A stretch of 64,000 nt of DNA, taken from NCBI RefSeq assembly GCF_006345805.1, contig NC_043004.1:67766001-67830000 (forward strand), given 5' to 3'. Below, piece by piece: positions 27,313 through 39,624 of this stretch. The translations under genes were made by a program, and so were the position numbers. Position 1 is the stretch's first letter; each line of letters opens with the position of its first letter. The notes below the pieces were generated by a model, which was not told where the DNA came from, did not search any database, and was given only the letters and a program-made list of their open reading frames with translations. This DNA comes from Octopus sinensis (lineage: Eukaryota).

Positions 27313-27615
27313 TAAAGGGTAAGGGTAAAGACCCCCTTCGGTCATGATTGACCATGGGATTGCACCTAGAAAGTTACCCTGCTAGACACAAGTCCGGGCA
27401 AGGTTGTTTATGGAAGGCTAGCAGTCGCCCATGCATACCAGCCACCCCTCTCCACGCCACCAGTGTTATCCAAGGGAAAGACAAAGGTCGATACAGCTTG
27501 GCACCTGTGACGTCGCAACTCATTTCTACAGCTGAGTGAACTGGAGCAACGTGAAATAAAGTGCCTTGCTCAAGAACACAACACGCAGCCCGGTCCGGGA
27601 TTCGAGCTCACAACC
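27313..27615 (-). mobile_element. SINE family C copy lacking the A-box end
   Basis: About 97% identical to the reverse complement of 14640-14925. Confidence 0.92.
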
Positions 27616-27713
27616 TATTCGTCTTAGGCAGGAGAAGCGAATAGCCTATATATATATATAATTATATATATATATTATATATATATATATATACAATACA
27701 TATATATTATTTG

Positions 27714-27758
<45 letters not shown>

Positions 27759-27759
27759 C

Positions 27760-27806
<47 letters not shown>

Positions 27807-27862
27807 TATGTATTTGTATACACACACACACACACACACACATACCACACACATATATAAAT

Positions 27863-27900
<38 letters not shown>

Positions 27901-28208
27901 CTATGCGATTGAGTGTTTTCTTTGTGTAAGTATATATTTACATACATGTTTGTACATTTATCAAACTCGGCACAGGCTTATAGAAATATAGTCTTCTCTG
28001 GCCTCATGCAAACTATCCACTTACGTGATACCGAGCATGTGTATAAAGTAGCAATGTTTTTATAACATATGTATACAAATAAGAAACTTTCGGAAGACAA
28101 GTAGCGTTGGAGCATACGTATTATGTCGGATATTGTCTTCTAACGTACGGTCGAAGTTGTACAGGAAGAAATACAATCTTTCTGAAGCAGTGTTTGTGCA
28201 CACACACA

Positions 28209-28245
<37 letters not shown>

Positions 28246-28738
28246 GCACGCACGCATATATATATATATATATATACATGCATACTTGTAAATATATCGT
28301 TAAAATAAATCTATACATATATATGTGTGTGTGTAGTTCTGTGTGAATCCATCATTACATAAGTGATTAAATATGACTAATTTCAGTTCAGAATGGTAGA
28401 CTGAAGCGCATAAATGCCAAGTACTTAAAACTGTTTTGTTACGAAACGAACTGCGGAATGTCTTTACAAGTTTGCTGCACTTTCGCAACTCTAATCAAGT
28501 TCTCTCATAATTAAATCTCCGCACCATACATAAAGTATATCCATTATAAGTACATAGCATTTTCCTGAAATGGTATGTAGTAGAGGTGAAAATATAGAGA
28601 GTTAGCAACAGGAAATGCAAGTGAACTTTAAATCCAGTATCACCTAATTTACATAGGAGAACAGCAGTGACGAGATAATGGTGTTTCCGAAAACCATTGG
28701 TGTCATGGTTAGGTAGGTTACAGAGGCAGTACACTTAC

Positions 28739-28820
28739 GTGAAGAAGAAAATGTACTGAATCAATTCAGCATAGTGAAGAGCTGGAATAATAATACCTAC
28801 CCATACACAGTTATCGCAGC
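28739..28820 (-). CDS. Candidate internal coding exon (82 nt) of an unidentified host gene, GCDNCVWVGIIIPALHYAELIQYIFFFT
   Basis: Acceptor tctcctttttgcag, donor CAC|gtaagt, one open frame (phase 1 to phase 2), lies in non-repetitive sequence. No family recognised. Confidence 0.42.
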
Positions 28821-29409
28821 CTGCAAAAAGGAGACGACATTAATTATACTGTACACTTTCGGGTCCATAGACGTTCAAAGTATATTGTATGAAGCACTCA
28901 ACTGGAGGACGTGTCTATCTACATGTTGGAACTAGAGTCTGAAGGAAAACTGAGAATTTACTGTTGTAGGAAGTGCAGACACATTTATAAATCCGATATG
29001 TAAGATGTAGTCGATTATAAATTTATAGAAGAACTTAACTCAATTTCAATTAATAGGGGCAATTGTTATTAAGGTCACTGCACGTAAATTTCTATAAAAA
29101 GTACGTATATTTGATGAACTGGCACATTCAAGATTGAAGCTGCAAGCATTACCTAACTTATAACATGAAACTTTTGCGTTCAATACCGTTAAAACAGATT
29201 AGTACCAAAACAATTGTAACTAGTAACTAAAGATGGGGTAGAAATGTATTTTATTTTCTCTTTTGCAACATATATATATATAGATATTATATATTATAAT
29301 ATATATATATATATATATATTATAATATATTATATATATAAATATAAAGTTAATCCAAACAAGAAAGCACAAAAACACAACGCGAGGACGTGGAACAAAT
29401 ATAGTAACG

Positions 29410-29449
<40 letters not shown>

Positions 29450-29532
29450 CAACAGCAAAATGTGACCTCGTGTGTACCGATGGCGATTTTTTTTCCTCTG
29501 TCTTCCTTTCTCTGGATCTTTCCTTTTCCTAT

Positions 29533-29566
29533 GTTTCCGACAAGAGCTCCGCTCGAAACGTTGAAC
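29533..29566 (+). ncRNA. Degenerate minimal type I hammerhead-ribozyme-like motif in the palindrome loop
   Basis: GTTT-CCGACAA-GAGC-TCC-GCTC-GAAAC-GT-T-GAAC: helix I GTTT/GAAC, helix II GAGC/GCTC, palindromic ACGT helix III. The core CCGACAA departs from CUGANGA at two positions. Confidence 0.5.
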
Positions 29567-29879
29567 CCTCCTTTTTCCTTCTTTCCGAGCGTCGAAAATA
29601 TAGGAGAAGGAAGATCCGAGAAGGGAAGACAGAGGAAAAATCGCCAACGGTACACACGAGGTCACATTTTGCTGTTGTATCTATATAAATATATATATAT
29701 AATATATATTATATATATATATATATAATATATATATAAATATATATAAATATATATATATATAATATATATAATATTATATAAATTATTATATAAATAT
29801 CTTATAATATACTTACTATATTTCTCCACGTCCTCGCGTTGTTGTGTTTTTTTGTGCTTTCTTGTTTGGATTAACTTTA

Positions 29880-29936
<57 letters not shown>

Positions 29937-30049
29937 CAAAAGAGATAATAAAATACATTTCTACCTCATCTTTAGTTACTAGTTACAATTGTTTTGGTAC
30001 TAATGTTTTGGTACGCAAATGTTTCATGTTATAAGTTAGGTATATGTCT

Positions 30050-30348
30050 CAGAGTAAAGACAACATTGGTTCATGAATGAACATGGAACGCAACCAGAAA
30101 GTTACCCTCCGTGGCAAGTCTAGGCAAGGTTGCTTATCAAAGAACACCAATTGGCCATGCATACCAGCATTTCTCCACGCGACCAATGTTATCCAAATTA
30201 AAGGAAAAGAACCAGTAACGTCGCAACTCATTCCAACAGCTGAGTAAACAGGGGCAATCTGAAAAATATACAACACCCAGCCAGGTCTAAGAATCGAAAT
30301 AACTAACTCATGATTGTAAGTTCGACGCTCTTGCTACTGAGCCATGCG
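30050..30348 (-). mobile_element. Decayed SINE family C copy with internal deletions
   Basis: GAAAGTTACCCTCC, ACGTCGCAACTCATT and ACTGAGCCATGCGC match the reverse complement of 14593-14900. Confidence 0.8.
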
Positions 30349-30429
30349 CGTATGTCTGTGTGTGTGTGTGTGTGTGTCTGCATGTGTGTGTATGTGTCTC
30401 GAGCGTGTGTGTGTATGTATAAACTTCTG

Positions 30430-30564
30430 TGTGTATGTATGGCGGGAAGCACTATCCTACCTATATGGTTCCAGATTCAGACCCACTGCGTGGCGCCTCG
30501 GGCACATGTTTTCTGCTATAACCTTGTGAGTGGAGTTGGTAGACGGAAACTAAAAGAAGCTTGT

Positions 30565-30570
<6 letters not shown>
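30430..30570 (+). mobile_element. Decayed SINE family B fragment
   Basis: CCCACTGCGTGGCGCCTCGGGCAC and GGTAGACGGAAACTAAAAGAAGC match 3660-3775. Confidence 0.7.
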
Positions 30571-30605
<35 letters not shown>

Positions 30606-30734
30606 GCACATATATATGTATGTATGTATACATATATATGTATATATATATATATATATAAGACAAGCTTTTAGTCTCCGTCCTACCAACGCCACTCATA
30701 TATATATATATATAATATATACATATATATGTCT

Positions 30735-30770
<36 letters not shown>

Positions 30771-31659
30771 GTTGCGAAAGAGAAAATAAAATACATTTCT
30801 AGCCCATCTTTAGTTACTAGTTACAATTGTTTTGGTACTAATCTGTTTTAACGGCATTGAACGCACATGTTTCATGTTATAAGTTAGGTAATGCTTGCAG
30901 CTTCAATCTCTAATGTGCCACTTCATCAAATATACGTACTTTTTATAGAATTTTAGGTGCAGTGACCTTAATAACAATTGCCACTATTAATTGAAATTGA
31001 GTTAAGTTTTCTTCTATAAGTTTATATGGACTACATCTTACTCACACATCGGATTTATAAATTATATATATTATTCTTATTATTATATATATATATATAT
31101 GAAGGACAAGTTAAGATGGTGTGTGAAGTGGAAGCCTTACAGCAACAATCATAGATGAAAGTCAGGCGACAGGACAATAAGGTTTTGTGCGAGTGGCGGT
31201 CACGTGGGAGGAAGAGAGATGTAGGGAGCAGAGGGATTGAAGAATTAGGAAACGAACTAGAGAGAGAATGGAGGAGAAAGAGGGAATGATACACGGGATA
31301 TAACAGAGGAAAGTGGAGAGATTAAAGAAAGAGAATGCCAAGAATTATGAGAGAGGGAGAGCGAGAAAAGGAAAATGGAAAGAAAGAAGAAAGTTGTACA
31401 GAATTTAGATATATACTTACAAGCTGGTCAAAAGGTTACATACGTCGCTATATGTGTATATGTATATAAATTAAAAAAACGAGAACAAGAATATAACGGA
31501 CATACATCATACACATATATGCTCTTATTTGTATATATTAACTTATATACTCATATTTGAATATATATGTGTGTGTGAGTCTGTGTGTGAGTATGTGTGT
31601 GTGCGTGTGCGAATGTGTGCCCTATGATGTTGCTGCCTTAATATTAAGAACATCATTTC

Positions 31660-32080
31660 CTGTAAATACCAGTAGAGACCAATCCAAATTGTAACTGTAG
31701 AGAGCCTGCATGGCAAACTACGTCGCAGAAGTCACAGGAAGGCTACTTGATAACCTAACTGAAAAGGAGAATTATATCGGGTTATGCGAAGACGAATTCA
31801 AAAAAGTACCGTTCAAATCACCAATCTACCTTCCGGCACATAGACAATAGTAATGCCATTAAGTTAGCCAGCCCTGTATGTGTTTGGAAAAGCAACACCA
31901 CATCACATAGAATGGAGTGAAAAATCGTAGAAAAATCCAATATCATTGGTTAATGGTTCCAGCAAAGCTTAGCTAAGGATTCTATATAATTTGTTTTTTT
32001 TATCTAAGAATCCCACCACACTGCTGAAGTGCAGATCAGAAATATCAAGCCAATGCAAACATATAGACAAATTTCCTTTG
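31660..32080 (+). mobile_element. Decayed PLE GIY-YIG endonuclease 3' fragment (distinct from the 15 kb element)
   Basis: NCNCREP, YVAEVT..KENYIGLCEDEFKK, *KIVEK, and LLKCRSEISSQCKH (LNKRSEL..KCRH-like). Confidence 0.7.
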
Positions 32081-32506
32081 CCGAATCGCAGAACACCGTG
32101 CTCTCCATATTGCGCAGCAGTATCGCAGGATTTAGACTTTCTCCTGTGATTATACACACACTAGCATTATCAAAGAGGTCATAACTCAAATTCTCCTTGT
32201 TTTAAACTTTTTTTTCACTTTTCCAAGAATTGCAACCACCTTCCTCACGTTAATTTCCCTTGATCTCTCTTGATCCATTTGAAACTCATATAGTCTTGAT
32301 TTGTAACTCGTAAAGGCTATGAGCACAGAGGATTGCTTCGAGACAATATGTGTGATATAAATTTCTGCTCGGAAAAGTCTCCAATGTATGATGCTATCAT
32401 TAGCTCATTGCTATGAAAAGTGTATGTATATATATATATATACGTGTGTGTGTGTGTGTGTGTGATTGTGTGGGCGCGTGTGTGTGTGTGTGAGTGCGTG
32501 TGTCTG

Positions 32507-32537
<31 letters not shown>

Positions 32538-33149
32538 GCATAATGGAAATTGTGTTTGCAGCAGTTGTGTTTCTACATATATACATCAGTAGAGTTCACG
32601 CAGTATTTACAGAAACTTTAATATCGCTCTCTGTGTTTTCAATAGAGTTCCGGTAGAGTTCCAGTCTTCTGATTGCAATATTTCTATTAAGATTTAATTA
32701 GAAAATTGAAATGCCATTTTACTTGAAGTTCTAAAATGAATGTTCCCTATTATATTCCTCTCAATAATATACATGTATTTTTCTAAAATTATTCAAATAA
32801 AATGAATTCAATTAATGCAATGATTAACATTTTTTCGAAATTTTTCCTAGCATGGAATAAACAACAACGACAAAACGTTAGTTGTGAATATCAATATGTT
32901 TTATTGTAAGGAATGAGTTCGACAGAGTAGATTTTATTCACTTTGTTGAGTCTAGAGAGTTTATCATTAGACTCCAGAGAGAATCTTCGCTGAAAAGTAG
33001 ACGCAGAGGCACAAAAATGTGAATGGGGTAACATTGGTTATGGTTGTAATCATAAGGATTCTGGTGGACGTCTTTGTGGGAAGGATTGAACGACATGCGA
33101 CAATGATAGCTGTGCTAGTGACGATGACAGGAATATATATAATTATGGA

Positions 33150-33166
33150 GGTGGTGATGATGATGG

Positions 33167-33204
<38 letters not shown>

Positions 33205-33286
33205 GTGTTGGTGGTGGTGGTGGTGGTGGTGGTGGTGGTGAGGATGATGAGGATGATGATGATGATGATGTTGATGATGATGATGA

Positions 33287-33317
<31 letters not shown>

Positions 33318-33340
33318 GGTGGTGGTGGTGGTGGTGTTGG
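33150..33340. repeat. (GAT)n/(GGT)n microsatellite
   Basis: Directly visible; gives the poly-M/V ORF 33019..33378. Confidence 0.95.
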
Positions 33341-34968
33341 AGGATTTGAGGATTTTAAGGGATCAGCAATTAGAATGATAATGGTGGCTTTGGGGATGAT
33401 GATGATGATGGTACTAAAGCGATGCTAGTGGTAAGGGTAGTTATTAGGATAACGATGTAGCAAGTTCGTCTCTAGTTCCTCAATGGCTGTTGGTGATGTT
33501 GGTGCCGCTACAGTGGCTGTTACTGATCTTGATGTCGATGATGTTAAACTTTAGTGAAGGTAGTGACTCCAGAAGCGACGGTGGTGAATATGATAGGTGT
33601 TTGATGGTGATGGTGTTAGCATTAATGCTGGGGTGCGAGTGGAATTAGTGGTATGAATATTGTTCTCGGTGTTGTTGCAGGAGGAAGCGTAAAGGGCCGT
33701 GGGAGTGAATTCACTTGTGATGGATCTCCGTATTTTAACTTCAAAGCTCTTAGTGGGTGAAACGCTGACAGAAATGTTGTCAGTGATTGACAAGTTCGTA
33801 GCAACGTTTGTCTTAATGAAGGAGAGTTTATTGTCAGCAACAATGGTAACAATTTCTTAGGGTTTTCTCAATCAAGGGATTTGTAGCTATAAAAGGCCAT
33901 CAGGTAATTCTTCGATAAAATTCCAAAGACCACACCCAGTGCCTCAAAACTAGTGACAGTCTAACCATCAAAACACGCACTGATACCTACATACTAAGTC
34001 ATAGTTTTACGGATATAGTCAGTGGCAAAGAGATCTACATAAAAACCTAACTTCATACTGATAACTATTGATATTCATACATGACAAAGATACAAGCATG
34101 GGAATTTAGAAAGGGTATACCGATAAGAATACGGCTATAGCCTCAGTTGTTATTATTATTTTTTTTTTTTTTGCCAACCACTAGGACTACTTATAAATTC
34201 ATCTTTCTCACTAACGCTCTAAATTTAGAACTAAATAATCCAGTTCTGCAATAACAAACATATCATGGTTTTTAACCCTATCTATTTCTCTATGAAAGAT
34301 TCTAAATAAATCTGTCACTCTCCCGCACACACTTTCTCTCTTCCCATATACATGTGCGTATGCAAACAGACATATATGCGTGCATCCAGAGATTGATAGT
34401 TATATATATTATATATATATATATATATTATATATATATATTATATATATATGCATATACACGAGGGTGCAAAAATAGGTGTACATATATAGAAAGAGAA
34501 AACACGCACTATACCGATTTATTTCTATCGAAAAAATTAATAGCTACAATAAAATTAGCATTATAGTTATGATAAATGTATTATTATGATTAATGACACT
34601 GAACATATCAGAATGAGACTAACTAAGTTAATCTGCTAATAATCTTAATATCATGACATTCATGTGATATTTATTGTATATCTACATTTTCACCGACTAT
34701 ATATATATATATATATTATGTATGTATGTATGTATGTTGTATGTATTGTTGCATATATATATATATATAATTACACACACACGTACGTATATGGACGTAT
34801 ATAATCATGTATGTATATAATCATATACCCGGGCACACTCATATTTATATATGTTTGTGTGTATGTGAGAGGCGTGTAGGTCGATCACGTCAACCCCGGT
34901 ACACGACTGGTACGTATTTTGTCAATTCTGAAACTTTCAAAGGCTAGGTTGCCTGCGGTTTAGCTACT

Positions 34969-35008
34969 CCACTTTGAAATGAGGCGAGTGCCCCGAAAAC
35001 GTCTGTGG
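34969..35008 (+). ncRNA. Degenerate hammerhead-like motif
   Basis: CCAC-T-TTGAAAT-GAGGC-GAGT-GCCCC-GAAAA-CGTC-TGTGG: helix I CCAC/GTGG, helix II around a GAGT loop, GUC triplet; the CUGANGA core is damaged. Confidence 0.35.
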
Positions 35009-35263
35009 GTGCTGAACCAGCAAATAGAGGGCGTTATGCACACACATTTGTGTATCACATAGCTAGCTAGAGGCGATGCCCTCTCGAAGCTAATTAACAG
35101 CAACATTTTTCCTATTTCTCTGGACTGTCACGTTAGCTTGGCGATAAATACTAACACCCAGTACTACTGCTGTATCTCTCCTTTAGAGAGGTTTAGAAAT
35201 AATAATATATGTATATATATATAATGTAGGTGGATTAATAACAGTTAAAACTTAAAAGAAAAT

Positions 35264-35331
<68 letters not shown>

Positions 35332-35335
35332 TGTG

Positions 35336-36603
35336 TAGGTTAGCATGTAAGTTCCCGCCGTTTTTTGTTTTAATTTAAAAAATTAACAGATAACAACTAA
35401 TTAATCAATAATGTATTCACCCTTTTTGTTTAAAACTTTTTTACAACTTTCAACTAGATTTTCAATACCTGGTTGGTAGAAATCACCCGATTTCGACTCG
35501 AAAAATGGATCCAACCAAGCTCTTAATTCTGTATCAGTACTGAACGAAACTCCGCGCATAGCATTTGAAAGAGATCGAAAGAGGTAGAAATCCGTTGGTG
35601 CCAAATCAGGAGAGTACGGGGGTGTAATAGCACTTTCCAGCCATGCGTTTGAATAGCATCCTTGGTCATATTGGCGATATGAGGGCGGGCGTTGTCATGC
35701 AGCAGAAGAACTCCATGTTGACGATTAGGTCTTTTCTTTTGAACAGCCGTGTTAAGTCGTTCCATCTGTTGAACTTAGAGTTCCGCGTTGACTCTTTGGT
35801 TCCATTCAAGCAATTCGTAATGGATAATCCCTTCCCAGTCCCACCATACACACTACAACGTTTAACGCGGACGAAGATCTTGTTTCACGCGTGGTGTCGC
35901 TTGTTCACCGGTGCTAAACCATTCCTTACGCTGCTTCATATTGATGTGCTGGCACCATTTTCGGTCGCCAGTAAGGATTCGGTGAAGAAATCATTGCTTG
36001 TGTCCATGAGTTGATCGGTGATGCGCAAGCAAACTAGCGGAGATTTTGGCTCGTTGATTTTTGTTGTTGTCACATAAAGCATCCGGAACCCATTCTCCAT
36101 ACTTCTGAACGTTTCCTATCGAGTGAAAATTCTATTCCATAGCAGTGTGGGAGCATTCTATTTTCTCTGCCAGTTCCCTTATCGTTTGACGAGTAATTTT
36201 GTACAAATATTTGTTTAATCGCTCTATATCGAATTCAACTGGACGGCCAAAATGAGGTGCGTCTTTTGATTCAAAATTTGGCATCCAATCACGAGCGTTA
36301 CTTTCAGCTATGGCACCTTCTCCATACAAAGCACAAATGACTCGCGCAGCTTTTGCAGCTTTAGAACTTTGCTTATAAGCAAAAAGAAAGAAGTGTCGAA
36401 AATGCTCGTTTTACTTAACTTGACATTCCATTTTAATGATGTGAAAATAAACAAAACTTAACTAAAATTAACTAGAAAAAAATAGATTTCAACATGATTC
36501 AAAAATAGAATTCTGGAAAAAAATGAAATTCCAAATTTTAAAAACGCAGTAAATTCCAAAAGTAAAAAAAAAAACCGCGGTAACTTTGGTTGCTCACGCA
36601 ATA
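35336..36603 (-). mobile_element. Full-length (~1.27 kb) decayed mariner, DD34D
   Basis: YGEGAIAES..GRP, EWVPDAL linker, ILTGDRKW, VWWDWEGIIHYELL, LLHDNARPH, and YSPDLAPTDFYLF with 34 residues between D2 and D3 after one frameshift. Ends share AAGTT(C/A)CCGC(C/G)GTTTTT in inverted orientation. Confidence 0.93.
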
Positions 36604-36645
36604 TATATGTGTGTACGTATATATATATTATATTATATATATATA

Positions 36646-36688
<43 letters not shown>

Positions 36689-37839
36689 ATATATTCATAA
36701 CAATGTATGAATGTATGTTTGTGGAAAATATTCTTACAACAGATTGCTGGGACCTGTATTTCCACTGAAATAATTAAATGATTATCCTTCGTTTCTCGTC
36801 TGTGACTCTCTGAAGTTTATCCCTGCAAATAAGTTAGAAATGACAAGTAGAATAGATCATTTCATTTAAATAAAAGCTTCGACAATAATGGTTAATCCCG
36901 ACGGTGATGCGTCGTAAAGATAGGATTAGAAAGAAATTTGCCTTTTCAGATTGATCTTCAACAAAAAGAATAATACAAGGACAGATTTCGATCGATGTCG
37001 ATGTATTGAAAACGTCTGTTAAGTATGAATAGTGACGATTTCAGATCAGATTTCAAACAGAGCGATATTATTTTAATAATGCTGCCTTGGAAAGCAGCGG
37101 CAAATAATTGGCAACAATCGTTTTTTTTTTTTTCAGGTTAAAATTCCTGGGGTGAAGCCGAAAACACGAGAAACTCTAAGTAGTGACACTAAGTTATACA
37201 ATTTTCACGAATGAAATACGATATGTCTCGTTCTCGTATGCACACAGATATACACACCTACGCATACGAAATAAAACACATACACTAACACACACACGAA
37301 CGTATAAATATACATACACATAAGTTTAGTTATGAGAATAGAAAGAGTTGAGTAAAACAAGGAAAATGCAATGTTTAAGATTTTTATTTTTATACTTTTT
37401 CCTATTTTCTTTTTGATACAGGAATGGTCATAGATAATTTCACATATGGTTCGTTCCTTACAGCATATATTCCACTACAATTTCCCATTCTATCTACGTT
37501 TCTGGCATCCATCCATTTTCATGGTTCTGTCCGTTCTTCGATCGGTTTTCGTTGGTAATCATAAATTTCGTTTGCTGCATTTCAGCATTTATATTTCTGG
37601 TGGGAATCTTCCCAGGAGTAGCAATGATATTATCGTTAGGAATAGCATTCATCCTTCACACAAATACACAAACACACTCACAGACAGACACACATACACA
37701 TATGTGTGTGTGTGTCTGTATATATGCAGCTGTGCTTGTGTCTGTGTGTACATATATATATATATACATATATATATATATGTACATATATACATACACA
37801 CCCACAGACACAAACACACAGATATATATATATATATAT

Positions 37840-37845
37840 ATATAT

Positions 37846-37880
<35 letters not shown>

Positions 37881-37899
37881 TCTATAGATAGATAGATAA

Positions 37900-37990
<91 letters not shown>

Positions 37991-38025
37991 TAGATAGATA
38001 GATAGATAGATTGATAGATAAATAT
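37840..38025. repeat. (TAGA)n tetranucleotide microsatellite; similar tracts at ~43085-43185, ~46130-46320 and ~49690-49975
   Basis: Directly visible; gives the IYLS-repeat ORFs. Confidence 0.96.
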
Positions 38026-38172
38026 AGACATGGCATCTGTTTTATCAATCTGCTATTTTGAGCTGCAATTTATGAAAATTAATGTATTTCCTGTGGTACG
38101 TTTATGATACAATTATGATTCAATCATCCATCAATGCTTGCTTTATATGTGCTTATATATGTATATATATAC

Positions 38173-38216
<44 letters not shown>

Positions 38217-39624
38217 ATATATATATATATATATTATATATATATATATGGAGAGAGAGAGAGAGAGAGAGAATTACATCAACCACGTTTGTGCCTCTTA
38301 GTTATAACTATACCTGGTCGGATAACAGCGAAAGTTTCTTCGAGCCACTGTTCTATAAGCGAAATGTAGTTTAGAAAATGAAGTCATACTTATCTGAAAA
38401 ATATGGGATGATGTCTGCAGAAACCTGGTTTAATAAAGATTTGATTGCCCCTAGATTTATTGTAACTAAAGTGAATCAATATATGTATAATATGCAATAG
38501 AATTTTAAGAGAAATTCAGAATGTAAAATGCGAACGTTAATAACATGCCTGAATAAATAGTTTTAAATTTAAACTGTAATCAATGGAGCATTTTAAATTT
38601 AATTGGAAATATCTTGCACCCCAAACACACGTTTTCATACTATGATCTAACAAAAGAAATAACAAAAAGTGAAGTATATATTTTTTAAGTATATATATTT
38701 TCCTTAGTTTTGATGATTTTCTTCAGGTTGTTCAATTTTCCCGTCTTCATTCCAATGAGCAGGTTGTTGCCCTTGTTGTTTAACTCTGATTTATCACATC
38801 TATGATCACAGGATTGCCGGTCGTCATTTCTTACACTATGATATGCATGCTTGCGTTACGACTGTAGACTACGAGTTGGGTCAATTTCTTTTTACTATGC
38901 AAACTACGAATTACTGCTAAATTATAGTTCAGCCCCTGTTGGGATAAGCATTGCCAGCCTAACCTTCCCTCTCTTATGTTGTTATTCAACATGACTGATG
39001 TCAAGACATGCTACTACAGCGCGGCCAATAAACATGAGACCCTTACTTTGGAACTTTCATAAAATACTTCAGTATTCGAAGTAATATTGAACAACGGTCA
39101 TGAGTATGTTATCTATTGTGACATGTACACATCATTATTGATTGACTGAAATAATTATCTGACTTGCTTACCTAAGGGAGTAACATGTTCAGAATCATTG
39201 AAACTCCGTGTCAAAAGTTTTTGTACATATGTTAAATTCAGCTGTAGTCAAATTTGCAGTTCGTCATTCAGGAATCGGAGAATTCAAGTAAAGAGATTGA
39301 TTGAATCCACAAACTTCTCATCTAACTGTTGTACCCTTGTATCCTAGGTTAGAAATTATGGGATTTGTTACGTTTTAAGTAGCGGAACAGGCAGTATCCA
39401 ACACAGCAAAAAAGCCACGAGACTAGTTCATGGAGACTGAGAGGAAAGTGTTCGTAAATCGAAAGCCGCTGAGGTGAAGCTCAGAAGAATGGATTTCACC
39501 AAAGGTACACAAGATACCATATATGATTCATAACTTCAGTATAACTAGGCTACGACGGAATTTGTAATTTAAACACGTATAGAAACAAATAAAATGGAGA
39601 CACTCGCTCTTTCATTTCTACCAT

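Larger units (their letters stand above)
28983..31062. repeat. Nested inverted-repeat (fold-back) structure
   Basis: Arm pairs 28983-29270/30770-31062, 29160-29270/29932-30042, 29346-29416/29805-29878 and 29447-29532/29600-29681; roughly 90% identity; spacers are TA-rich. Confidence 0.93.

Noticed and set aside
33430-33870. Ser/Thr-rich minus-strand frames of ~100 codons (mucin-like)
   Set aside because: Next to (GAT)n/(GGT)n arrays and broken by stops; most likely decayed microsatellite-derived sequence.
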